Source of the DNA: Lepidodermella squamata
Taxonomy: Eukaryota; Animalia; Gastrotricha
Direction: 5' to 3'
Assembly: GCA_047495785.1 (NCBI GenBank)
Contig: JBLDXI010000061.1
Span: forward strand, 62,001-126,000
DNA: 64,000 nucleotides
Positions within the stretch are counted from its first letter, which is position 1; each line of letters opens with the position of its first letter. The position numbers were made by a program, and so were the translations under genes. Shown here in pieces: positions 1 through 11,690 of the stretch. Under the pieces are notes generated by a model that worked only from the letters and a program-made list of their open reading frames with translations, was not told the origin of the DNA and did not search any database.

Positions 1-124
1 ACATAACTCGATTGCTATATATATTTCTCTAAATATTTTCTAATATTGTTCAAGCTCATTGATCAATTCTGATCAAGTCTCCATTCTCGCTGCTCTGCTA
101 GATTCGCAGTTTTGCTCGACTAGA

Positions 125-3058
125 ATGCTGCAGAGATTTGAATCGTTTGCAGAGTTCACCAAAATCAAACGCTTGGGCAGTGGCGCTTTTGGATCAGTTT
201 GGCATTGCCAAGCTAAAGACGATTTCGCGGACTACGCTGTTAAGGTGGTAAATCTCAGCGCGACTCGACGCAAGTATCGACAAGATAAGTATCGACCGGA
301 TATGGCTGAGAGCTACGTCAAGTTAGGCCGCACTGAGGTTTTTAGTCAGCGATATTGTCAATACTGATCTTATTGATTCTGCCTAACAGCATGTCAAACT
401 GCTAAGTTTGAGGCACGCCAACATAGTGTCATGTTACGAGGCTTTTGAAGGTTAGGTAAAACTCTAATTGTAACTTCAACTCTAATATAAAGTAAATTCT
501 ACCAATTTTTTCCAGAACCTTTGGTTGAACTAGATGATTCAAACCAACATGACTGGCATCTGGACGATGAGATGTACTACCTCGTCATGGAATTTTGTCC
601 CGGCGGAGATTTAGAAGAATACATAAAACGAACTAATGAGGCAAATGCGAAAATTACAGAAGATTTGATTCGCGAGTGGGCTCGGCAACTTGTTTCTGCA
701 ATAATGTGTCTGCATAAATGTTTCGCGCTCCATCGCGATATCAAGCCGAAGAATATTTTCCTCTCAGCCGATGGAAAAACAGTCAAGCTGGGTGATTTTG
801 GATTCGCCAAAATCTACCAAGGGTTAGCCTTTTCTACTGTAGTGCACATCTAACGCTCTTCTGTTTTAGATCGAGTAGCACTACAACTCTGGGACTCGGG
901 ACCCCTATCTACGCCGCGCCTGAAATTTTCAACAATAAGCAGCACTCGCCAGCCAGTGATTGGTGGTCTCTTGGAGTCACGCTGTTTGAGCTAGCTAATT
1001 TCCGCCTACCTGTAAATAATTATATATTTAAAGGTTTTGTCATGAAGTTACTTTGTTTCGTCTTGCAGTTCAAAACAACATTCGAGATCATTTTGTAAGT
1101 TCAAGACGTTTTACCGCTTGTCAACATTTCTTTTAGAAGTTAGAATGTCTGTTTGCTCATTGATTTATGTCTCTCGTGTTCAGAGACTCAACGGAGCCAC
1201 AATTTGACGATGATCGTCGATTTTCTCCAGAGTTTCATGACTTCGTTTTATCTATGCTTCGGAAAAAGAAAGATCTACGAGCCACAGGAGATGATTTGCT
1301 CAAGAAACCCTTTTTGACGCTGAAACCGGGGGCCAGCATCGTAACTATTCCAACGCAGGATACCAACGCTGTAATCGATGCAAGAGAAGCTTTAGAGGCA
1401 AGCGCATAAGCAGTACACTTATCAATACTCTATATCATTTTTTTACAGTTGCTTTTTAGTTACTCGAGGCAACGAGCAATGTTGCCCGATATTGAAAAAT
1501 TGCTGGAGGATCAGCGCTTAAATTTGAACGTGAACAGCCGGAACGATGAAGACCTCACGCCGCTGATGATTGCAGCTCAAAGTGGATACGATGAATTTAT
1601 GACGCCATTGGTGGTTAAGCATGGAGCCGACGTTGAATTGAGGGACAATTACGGGAGAACAGCAATTTACATGGCAGCTAAAGATGGGCACCACAAAGTT
1701 GTGGAAGTTCTTGCCAAAGCATTGGGCGCAAATGTTAACGCAGCTCGTAATAGCGGAGCGACGCCTTTATTAGTCGCTGCTAAAAATGGCCACTCGGAAA
1801 TTGTGAAGCTACTCGCTGGAGAGTTCAAAGCAGATGTGAATGCAGCAATGAATAATGGTGTTACACCGCTATTAGTCGCTGCTCGAAATGGCCACATCGA
1901 AATCGTGAAGCTACTCGCTGGAGAGCTCAAAGCAGATGTGAATGCAGCGATGAATGATTGTGTTTCACCGCTATATATCGCTGCTGAAAAAGGTCACACG
2001 GAAATTGTGAAGCTACTCGCTGGAGAGCTCAAAGCAGATGTGGATGCAGCGACGAAAGAAGGTGCTTCACCGCTATATATCGCAGCACAAAATGGCCACT
2101 CGGAAATTGTGAAGCTACTCGCTGGGGAGTTCAAAGCAGATGTGAATGCAGCAATGAAAAGTGGTGCTTCGCCACTATTTATCGCAGCACAAAATGGCGA
2201 CTCGGAAATTGTGAAGCTACTCGCTGGAGATTTCAAAGCAGATGTGAATGCAGCGATGAATGATTGTGTTTCACCGCTATATATCGCTGCTGAAAAGGCC
2301 ACACGGAAATTGTGAAGCTACTCGCTGGAGAGTTCAAAGCAGATGTGAACGCAGCAAAGGAAAATGGTGCTTCGCCACTATTTATCGCAGCACAAAATGG
2401 CCACTCGGAAATTGTGAAGCTACTCGCTGGAGAGTTCAAAGCAGATGTGAACGCAGCAAAGGAAAATGGTGCTTCGCCACTATTTATCGCAGCACAAAAT
2501 GGCGACTCGGAAATTGTGAAGCTACTCGCTGGAGAGTTCAAAGCAGATGTGAACGCAGCGATGAAAAATGGTGCTTCGCCACTATTAGTCGCTGCTCATA
2601 ATGGCCACTCGGAAATTGTGAAGCTACTCGCTGGAGAGTTCAAAGCAGATGTGAACGCAGCGATGAATGATTGTGTTTCACCGCTATATATCGCTGCTGA
2701 AAAAGGTCACACGGAAATTGTGAAGCTACTCGCTGGAGAGTTCAAAGCAGATGTGAATGTAGCGATGAATGATGGTGCTTCGCCACTATTAGTCGCTGCT
2801 CAAAATGGCCACTCGGAAATTGTGAAGCTACTCGCTGGAGAGTTCAAAGCAGATGTGAACGCAGCGATGAAAAATGGTGCTTCGCCACTATTTATTGCAG
2901 CACAAAATGGCGGCTTGGAAATTGTGAAGCTACTCTCTGGAGAGTTCAAAGCAGATGTGAACGCAGCGACGAAAGAGGGTGCTTCACCACTATATATCGC
3001 TGCACAAAATGGCCACTAGGAAATTGTGAAGCTACTCGCTGGAGAGTTCAAAGCAGAT
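125..3058 (+). pseudogene. Ser/Thr kinase (NEK/eIF2alpha-kinase-like) fused to ankyrin repeat array, copy A; frameshifted, premature stop, 3'-truncated
   Basis: Exons 125-337, 390-450, 516-822, 870-1011, 1069-1094, 1184-1397 and 1449-3058 splice in frame. They give GSGAFG, YAVK, HRDIKPKN, DFG, GTPIYAAPE and SDWWSLG, then about 15 ANK repeats. One A is missing at 2293-2296 (gaaaagg vs gaaaaagg in sister repeats), TCG>TAG occurs at 3017-3019, and the repeat breaks off at about 3058. Confidence 0.85.
1745..3058 (+). repeat. Tandem array of 13 highly similar 102-nt (34-aa) ankyrin-coding units
   Basis: The block ggaaattgtgaagctactcgctggagagttcaaagcagatgtgaa recurs every 102 nt (one unit is 101 nt). 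Confidence 0.95.
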
Positions 3059-4466
3059 ACCAGTTTACAAAGCAGTTTTCAAAGCAGTTTACAACAAACT
3101 TTTTCTTGGCGATAACTTGGCTCAGCATCAAGTCATCGGCATGCTCGAAAGTTTTCGGGCTCATCTCACGTGTTCGAAATGTGAAACACCGCGCGGGCAA
3201 TTCGGCCTCGTTTTCGAAGCTACGAACCTGAAACTACGAAACGCGGAAACTATGGTTGTTCAATTGCGAAGGATTTCAGATTTATTCAGGTTGTTCAGCA
3301 TTTATTCTAGATTTTACTTGTCTGAAACAGAGACCAATGTTTTTTGATTCGAAGGAATACCATGTGCTTCAGATTTTAAACAAGATTTTATCTTTAATTT
3401 ATTCGCCTGTTGTGTTTCTTGATGATGTACCTATCCTTGAAAACTTGATCTTTCGATTCTTGCAACTGTCCGTTGAAACTTATGGCGAGTCGTTTGTTGT
3501 AACAAAGCTTCACAACCTTGTTCATTATCCGCAGCAAATGCATGAATACGACCTGCGCGATTCTACTCGTCTCTTGGCTTCGAGCGAGGTCTCTGTAAAA
3601 TTGAACCAAAAAGTTACCATGTTTCTCAAATTTTTAACTGTGCAAAATATCAATCGAAAAGATTCTTGAATTCGACTGATTCGCTGAAATTGATTGATGG
3701 AGGAAAAGAGAAAAATCTAACCGAATATTTGAGCTACCTTGGCGTTTCTGCTTTGAGTCTACCTGAAAGAGCTGTCGTGCGTAATTCGATTCGCCATAAA
3801 GGAGCTTTTTTTGTAATCGGCTCGGCTATTACTACTTCGAAGCCGAGTGTCGGCTGGTTTAATAGTCCCAATCGACCTACTTTTCACCAAATTGAGTGCA
3901 TTTGCTCTATTGATGATGACGTTTTTTTCGTTGTTGTTGAACTGACCATCGAGCGCTTCTTCCGCCGCTACTTCTCTTATCATGTAACCGGTGACATGAA
4001 AAAAATTTCTATAGTTTCATGAAAGGAATTACATGTAAAAAGATCATTTCCAATTATTCCTCACTCCAACGTTCACATGCACCTCATTGTTGACTTTTTG
4101 CCTCACAATCCTCAAGCAATGTAAATATAACTGAAAAATCGCGACATTTGAGCTTTGCTAGGCTGCTCTGAAGCCTGATTTTGTTTTATATTCTCGTCGC
4201 AATTGCGATAAATGGACAATAAAATGTTATTACTGGCATTTTGGGCGCGTTTTAATTATTGTAGGCGTGGTTCGGGCGAGGTTGGAATGGTCGCTACAAA
4301 ATGAGCAGGTTAGCAACCGACTTTCTACATACTTGCTACAAGGCAACTTGCTTTTTACTGACCTCTAATTTCTTTAGCACGAATAAACTCATTAAATAGC
4401 AAGTATCGCCAAGAGCATTGAAACTTGCTACCTGGCATGCTACAAAATGAGTTGTTTTTTACAGTG
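3059..4466 (+). mobile_element. CMC/EnSpm (CACTA-like) DNA transposon 3' remnant
   Basis: ORF 3256-3669 contains KLHNLVHYPQQMHEY, resembling the CACTA transposase C-terminal KxHxLxHYP motif. The segment ends in ttttttacagtg (reverse complement CACTGTAAAAAA) at 4466, with subterminal repeats gctacaaaatgag and acttgctac. Confidence 0.6.
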
Positions 4467-4547
4467 TAAATTTTCTGAGGTTTTTACACGTATTTGTGTT
4501 TCTGCTAGCGCTACTGCAGCGGTACACTTACTTAACTACTTCTTACG

Positions 4548-6136
4548 ATGGCCGGCAATAAAGGCGGGAAGAAGAAGAAGAAGGCAGCTCCTACACTTTC
4601 CCTGTTTAAGGCTCTGAGGGGCCTGGACGCTGCTGACATCGCCAATGTGCTGAAGATGATCGCGGCGCTCAAGGCCGAAAAGGGTTGCCCGGAGACTCTC
4701 TCGGTTAGTGGCGAGGTCCACATGGACTCGGCTGACGAGAGTGGCGACGAGCCACCTACGCTCACCTATGCTGGCGCGGCCACGTCCACGGCCTCGTCTC
4801 AGCGCCCGTCGTCGCACCCGGCGACCCCTGACCCTCGTGTTAAGCCGCCACCCCAAGGCGCTCCTCCTGCGGGTGCTGCCCCTGCTCCGTCCACTGCTGC
4901 CAACGCCGGTTCTTTTCGCACTGTCATAATCGATGGAATACACGGCATTCAACGGAACGAACTTGAGCCCAAACTCTACGAGGCTGGCTTCGGCCCGAAA
5001 CCGTTGTTGTCATGGCTAGTGGTGGCTTGCGTATCAATAGTAAAACCCCCGCTGATGCTCAGCGCCTTCTCGACCGCGATGGGTTCGCTCCTGAGGCCTT
5101 TCGTGGCTCCGCATTTCGCGTCCACCGCCCCGGCCAGCCAGACCCTAAGGCTGCCAAGTCCAAGCAAGCTGACAAGGACAGTCGTTCGGTGATCACTGCC
5201 CGGCTGCCTGGGTTCTATACCACCGACCAGCTTCTGAAGCACCTGACGAACGTCGTCGAAATTCGTGACATGCCAGTTCACACCCCCGGCGATGACCCGC
5301 TCCGCGTCGTTGTCCTCAAGACACAAGCGTTACGCGACGAGGCTCTCACCCTCGGCCTCGAGTTCCTGAATCGCCGTATCAAGTGCCGCCCTCTCAAGGA
5401 CGGCCTCCTTCCGCCCAAGTGTATGCGCTGCGCCCGGTTTGGGCACGTTGAAGTTGACTGTGCTGCGGCAGAGAAAGACCTCCTGTGTGGGCGCTGCGCC
5501 TCGCCGAATCACAAAACCGCCCAGTGCGAAGCGCCGCGCGAGTCCCTCGCCTGCATCAACTGTCCGGACGGCGGCTCGCCTCGCCACTCCAGTTAATGGC
5601 GCGGCTGTCCTCAGTTCAAGGCCGCTAAAGTGCAGGAGGCCGAGTCCCGTGCTGCCCGCGCCGAGGCGAGACGTGCTCGGGTCGCTCGCCTGAAGAAGAT
5701 CACGCCACCGACCGCGCCGCCTCAGCCCCCTCAGGGCCGCGTCTTCCGAGTTGCCACTCGCGATCTTCTCGGCTCCGCGCCGCCGCCCCCACCGCAACTC
5801 CCGCCTGTTAACCCTGCTATCCGTAACCAGTTCCAGACGCTCGACGGCGCTCGTCTGTTCGAAATGATGGACGCCCGCCTGAAGAAGTTCGAGGAGAAGG
5901 AGGTTGCCTACGGCCAGCGTCTTCTACGGCTTGAGAACGCCTTCGTTGAGATCACGGGCCTTGTCAAGGCGGTCGTGCATGCGCCTCCCGTTCCCGCGGC
6001 TGGTGGCCCGCCGCCCCCTGCCTCAGCTCCTCCGCCGTCTCCCGTCTCGGCTCCGCGCAGGTCGTCTCGTGGCTTGCTGTTTCACGTGTCCCCGGCTGCC
6101 GCGTTGTCCCCGACCGAGCCTGGATCAACATGGTAG
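4548..6136 (+). pseudogene. LINE ORF1 gag-like protein with CCHC zinc knuckles
   Basis: Motifs CMRCARFGHVEVDC, CGRCASPNHKTAQC and CINC...H...C. Frameshift near 5010 and TAA at 5594-5596. Pro-rich and coiled-coil C-terminus. Confidence 0.85.
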
Positions 6137-8842
6137 ACTGTGACTTTCTGACGCAATGGAAATGCCGTGGTGGTAATGACAAAACGTTTGAATTTTATTG
6201 TGTTATTGATGATTTTAATCCGGTTGCTATTTTGATTAACGAGTAACGAGTCTTTCTTCTATTCTCTTACCTCTGTCTCCCTCGACGGGTACGCGATCTT
6301 TCGTTGTGATAGGGCACAGGACTCTGCAGAAGCCTTGCTTGGTGACGCGCATGGCGGGTCGGCGATCCTGGTTCGCGAAGGGGCGGTTGTCGTCTCCGAG
6401 CGGCAGCTGGCCTTGACTGGGACGAAGAGAAGCGAGTGGATACGCGCTGCCTGGTCGCCGTTGTGAAGCTGTCCGTGTGTTTACCGGCTACTGTCCGCCG
6501 TCGTCCAGTCTCGACCTGCGCTGGTTTGAGGAGGAGTTCGCTGAAGCTGCTCGTTTGGCTGTCCCATGTTTCTTTGGCGGCGACCTGAACGCGAAATCAC
6601 CACTTTGGGGGAAGGGCGACCTCTGGAACGCCAACGGCTTCTCCCTCCACCACGCCGCGACTCGGCTCGGTCTTACCGTCCTTCCGTCTCCGAAGCCGAC
6701 TCATCTGCTTCCCTCCTCCTGTTCGCTATCCACGCTCGATGTGAGGGTGCTTAACGACGCTGCCATGCGCCTTCTGCGCGGCGGCGCTCACGTTGGCGAT
6801 CGATATACCAGTGACCATTTCGTGACCTCAGTAGCTGTCGCCTTCCCAGTTGGCCGGCGGCTGCCTGCAGTCGACCCTCCCGCTCCGGATCCGTTTCCGC
6901 GGTACGACGTCTCGCGCGCCGATCGTCTCGGTTTTTCCCGCACCTTGACTGCTAAGCTCCTTGCCATTCATTTCTTGCCAGCTCCCGGGGACCCCTTCCC
7001 ACGACTTGCCGCCTATCGCCGAGATGTAACCAGCGCTTTCGCCGAGTCCCGCGACCTTCACGTGCCCGTCTGTGCGCCGGGGCAGCTGCGACGCATCGCC
7101 ATGAGCCTGGAGATGCACAGGCTTCTTCAGGAGAAGCGGGTTCTGGAACGTGCTCTGGGCAACCACGTCGACCGCGAGCGATGCGCCCGGCTCAAAGATC
7201 TCGACGCCCGGTTCCGCGATGCGCAGCCATCGCCTGAGCTCGCCGATGCTCTCCTGAGTCAGTTCGTCAAGCCGATGTCGCCGTATGAAGACCCGGCTGC
7301 CGATGCTGCGACCAGACAACGTTTGGCCGATATAGAGCGATTCGTTTCCACCGATCCTGATCTTCAGCGTACCGATACCCTGCAGCTACCCGGCCCGGGT
7401 GAGTTCTTCGTCAGCCAGCGCATGGTGGCTGACGCCATCGGGCGCCCCAGCCGTTTAAGGCGCCTGGGCTGGCCGGCATCAGTCCTATATTCTACAAATG
7501 GGGCGGGCCGCCGCTTCAGCGCCACCTTCGCCATCTGTTTAACCTCAGCCTCGGCTCCCGATGCGTTCTGCCGGAATGGAAGGAGGCTGCCGTCATCCCT
7601 GTGCCTAAAGCCGGTAAACCGCATGGCGCCGTCTCATCTCAGCGGCCGATCTCGCTGCTCCCAGTTGACGGCAAGGTACTCGAATCTATCATCGCGCGCT
7701 GGTTGGGTGGGTTCCTGGAGGATCTCAGCCTGCTGCCTGACAACCAGTACGCGTTCCGTGCTCACCGATCCGCTCCGGACGTACCGCTGCGAATCGCGCA
7801 CCGCGTCCACCTCGGCCGGTCGCGTAACCGTAAGGTCATTGTCGTCGGCCTTGACGTACAGGCGGCGTACGATTCCATGTGGAGTGCCGGCCTTGCCTTC
7901 AAACTCGCCGAACTGCCTCTACCTCGAAACCTGGCCGCCTGTCTTACCGATTTCCCGCGCGACCGGAAGCTTCAAGCGCGCGTCGCCGGCTTCCTCAGCA
8001 AGCAGCGGACTGTGAACTGCGGGGTCTCGAAAGGGTCGCTTCTGTCGCCCCTGCTGTACATCGTGTACACTGCTGACCTTCTAACTGCGCCGACTGCCCC
8101 CGGCTGTTCCCTAGACGCCTATGCTGACGATCTCACAGTCTTCGGCGAGGGTGCGAATTTCCAGGAGGCCGAACACTGCACCCAGGCAGAGATCGATCGC
8201 ATCTCGCAGTGGGCCCGCGAGTGGCGCCAGAAGTTTAATGCGTCGAAAAGCGAAGCAATGCCGTTTGCCTGGCGCTCGTACCAGACCCGTCTGCACCTCG
8301 ACGGCTCGATGATCCCTCAAGTTGCCGTGATTCGTGTCCTCGGCGTGCACCTTGACGCCAAGCTGACTTGGAAGTCGCACGTCGACCAGGTCATCAACCG
8401 CTGCACCCGGAACCTGCCCCACTTTCGCCGTATTGCCTGCACCCCTGGCCTCTCTCGCCGGTGGCGTCGCACCGCCTACCTCAGCCTTGTCCGCTCCGCC
8501 GCCACTTACGGCAACATCGTGTTTTGTACCGCGCCAAAGAGGCAGCTGAAGCGGCTAGATGTGTTGCAGAACGACTGTCTGCGCAGCCTGCTAAAGCTAA
8601 ACATCCGCCGCGATGACCGGGTCCGTGTCTCGGATCTGGAACGCCGCTGTGGCGTGAAGAGCCTGCCTGCCTTTTTGGAACGGACCCAGCGCCGTTATGC
8701 TGCGAATGCAGTCCGGTTCGTCCTCCCTCTTAGAGAAGAAGTTGAGCGACTCCGCCTCTCCGCGAACCCGGTGCCCCGTTCCCCGCTGGCCTTGATCGCC
8801 AGCAAGCTTCCTCGGGGTCCTTTGCCCACTTTCGATGTCTGA
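6130..8842 (+). pseudogene. LINE ORF2 AP-endonuclease + reverse transcriptase
   Basis: APE motifs GDLNAKSPLWG and SDH. RT motifs RPISLLP, QYAFR, LDVQAAYD, GVSKGSLLSPLLY, YADD and LGVHLD. Several frameshifts and stops; no RNase H seen. Confidence 0.9.
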
Positions 8843-9095
8843 TTTTGCCGCCTCTCCCTCTCCCTCTATCCTTTGCTTTCTCTTCTCTCTTCCCTTCTTC
8901 TTCCTCCCATTCTCCCTCGCTGTGTTTACGTGCCTGTCTGCTTTCGATAAATCATCCATCACCCCGCCCACTTGTGTCCACAGCGCACTGCCGCCGGCAA
9001 GCGCATATAATCTCGCGACCCCGCGTCATTGATATCTTTCAATTATTTCGTCTCCCCTGTTTATATGATGTCAACGAATAAAACATATTTGAATT

Positions 9096-11690
9096 TAGAA
9101 TTTAGAGTGCAACGGCTAGCTTGCGAGGAAAATTCTTGGCATCGGCGTCAACTGGAGGGAGAGGCTTTTGTAGAAAAAATTACGAAAAATATCAGTGATT
9201 TGCAGAAAATTGCCAATACATCGGCTTTACCAGCTTCGGCTGATATATTTGCCGATGGTGACAGCCCAGTTGCCTGCCCATCATGCCTCAGCGAAGTTCC
9301 AGCTTCGGCAGCGCCTTCATCAAATAGCGAAAGTGAGAGCGATTCTGGCGAGACTAAACCCGTAACTCGAAAAAAACGGCGTAAATACACGCACAAGGAC
9401 GTTGAGCTGAAGTTAGCCGAGATGGCGGCTGGCAAATCGGCGAGAAACGTCGAGCGAGAATGTGGCATTCCTCATGCGACGCTCAGCGAGTAAAAGCCAT
9501 TAGAAGTCTATTTTTAGTCCATTAATTATGTGTTCAGTTATGCGGAAAAAGGTCTCCCAAAAGCAACAGGTCGAGGCCTGGTGATTCCACGGGAAGTTGA
9601 AGAGTTATTGGCGAAATCTTTACAATTTTGCGGCCAAGCTGGGTGGCCGATGAACATGATATCCGTCTGTGATGCCGTTCAATCGTTTTGCAATTCTATG
9701 AAACTCCAAACGCCTTTCAAAAGTAACCGCTCCGGTCCTCGTTGGTTGAAGGGTTTTAGGAAGAGATGGAAAGATCTCTTGAGCGTTCGTGTTCCAAATT
9801 ACCTGGCCACCAACAGGGCAAAGCCTTTGACTCCAGCAATCATTGATGAATTCTTTGGTATGCTACAACCGCTTGTTGAACGGCTGACGGAGCTAAATTT
9901 GCAATGACCGAGTCGGGTATGATGGCGGAGGAAGCGTTTGAATATATTGGCTAATACACGTTTTCCTGGAGTTTGTTCGCGACAAACCGAAACCAATAAT
10001 TCTCTACTTCGACGGCTACGGGTCCCATATATCATACAATGTTGTCGAAAACCTGCATGGACAATGGGGTAATCCCAGTGTGCTTGCCTCCCCACACGTC
10101 CCATGGCCTTCAACCCTTAGATGGCTGTTCGTTTAAAATGGCGAAGGACATTTGGCGCAAAATTCTTCATCAATTCTACGTTGAAAGCGGCCTAGAGATC
10201 GCGGTTGAGAAGGCGTGTCTCCCGCCCTTGGTTAGGCAGCTGCATAAAGATGCTTTTGTCGATAAGCCGATATACATGAAGCAGGGCTTCAAAATCACTG
10301 GGCTTTGGCCGGTAGACCGAACCGCCATCCCGGAGGAGCGATTTCTTTTGGGATCCAGGACATCTGATTTAACAACGGCGTCCAGTGAGGTCGCTGTCGC
10401 ATCAACCTCATCGACAATTGCTGAACTGCCTGTTCTCATTCCTGATGTTTCACCTGCGACTAAAAGCAGTGGTCTAGTTTGCAAGTTTTTTCGTTTTCAT
10501 TGGGTAAACATTCGTAATAGTTATTCGTAGTATACTTAACTAGCCCAAGAGCAGTTAAATGCAATGCGCGAGGCCATTATCAGCGTTACAAGGCCGGCTC
10601 AAAGCGAGATGACTAAGCAGGCTCTAGCGAATCGCTTGGCGAGATCCAGTGGTATTCAAACCCCGTACGGCCAGTGTCTTGGAAATCCAGATGTTATGTT
10701 ACTTTTGCAACAACGCGATGAAGAGAAGAAGTCAGAAAAAGAAAAGAAAACGAAACAAGCCGACGCGGACAAAGCTCGCAAGCTATCGGATAACGTTGCT
10801 AAGAAGCAGGTAAAGGCTACAACGGCTCTTGACGGCAAGAAGGTTCAGCGAGAAGAGCGATCTCGAAAGATCCACGAAGCGAAAATTGCGAGGGAGGCGC
10901 AGAAAGTGGAGACGCTTAAAAGTAACAAACAAGCTCGCGAAGCCGAAAAGGTGAGGAGGACTTGTGAGAAAGCCGCTGCTAAACATCCCCAGAAACCTTC
11001 GGATACCCCGAATGGACCTTCACCACTCATTTACCAGCAACTCACGCTAGTCGCAGGTCATCAGGAAACGCTTGCCAATCTTTGCCCTTCAAGTGCACCT
11101 ACTGGCTCACGTGAAGCCACAAGTACGGCTGCTGACCTTTCATACGAGCAGCAGTTGCGGGTCGCTTGCGAACTGTCAAGGCTCGACGAAACGGAAGACA
11201 TTCGTCAGGCTAACCTTGCCGTCATCTCCACTCGGCTTGTGCCATTCGACCTTCATCTTGTTGACGTCCCGGCGGATGGGTTAGAATGCGGTGTATTTTA
11301 TTCAACATAATTATATCCAACTAGCGAGTAAAATTTACCGGTTGTGCCAAATGCATGCTATATCCGACCAGCTTTGCAGCACCAATGACACTGACTTGAC
11401 GGTAAAATCGGCGGTCGTTAACTATATCCTCAACAACCCGAACCGCGAATGGGGCCAGGCCGATCTTGCGGACTGAGCCTGGGGCTTGGCTGGTGGGGTG
11501 TTCGGCGACAATGACTCAAAGCTGCTGCCGTGCTTGGACTACAAGTGGACGTTGTTGTGCATGCTGTTAATTATGTTCTGCAATTCCGGGCGGACGAAAC
11601 GCAGTCTGAAGCGATCCGGCGCCAGGCACTTAGGGCCCTAACTTCGGACAGCGCCATGATGGCTAAACAATTAACAGGAAATCAAGGTAA
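9096..11690 (+). mobile_element. Degenerate intron-containing pogo/Tigger (DDE_1) transposase with C-terminal UIM and OTU-like domain
   Basis: psq-type HTH (KYTHKDVELKLAEMAAGKSARNVERECGIPHATL), intron 9490-9537, CENP-B HTH (GPRWLKGFRKRW), IILYFDGYGSH and LPPHTSHGLQPLD. The first-D region is deleted near 9904. The tail reads LSYEQQLRVACELSR, then VPADG/LCQMHAISDQL. Confidence 0.8.

Larger units (their letters stand above)
4467..9095 (+). mobile_element. Non-LTR retrotransposon (Jockey/I-group-like LINE), near full length, degenerate
   Basis: ORF1 with zinc knuckles, ORF2 with APE and RT, a pyrimidine-rich 3'UTR and AATAAA near 9077. Strongly GC-rich relative to the flanks. No TSD found. Confidence 0.9.

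Noticed and set aside
1667-2601. Antisense and alternative-frame ORFs over the ankyrin array
   Set aside because: Shadows of a stop-poor tandem coding repeat.
1745-3058. CRISPR-like repeat/spacer appearance
   Set aside because: Units are 102-nt in-frame ankyrin codons, the variable parts are homologous to each other, there are no cas genes and the context is eukaryotic.
4532-9081. Many overlapping ORFs on both strands in the LINE
   Set aside because: Expected from high GC content; only the ORF1/ORF2 frames carry motifs.
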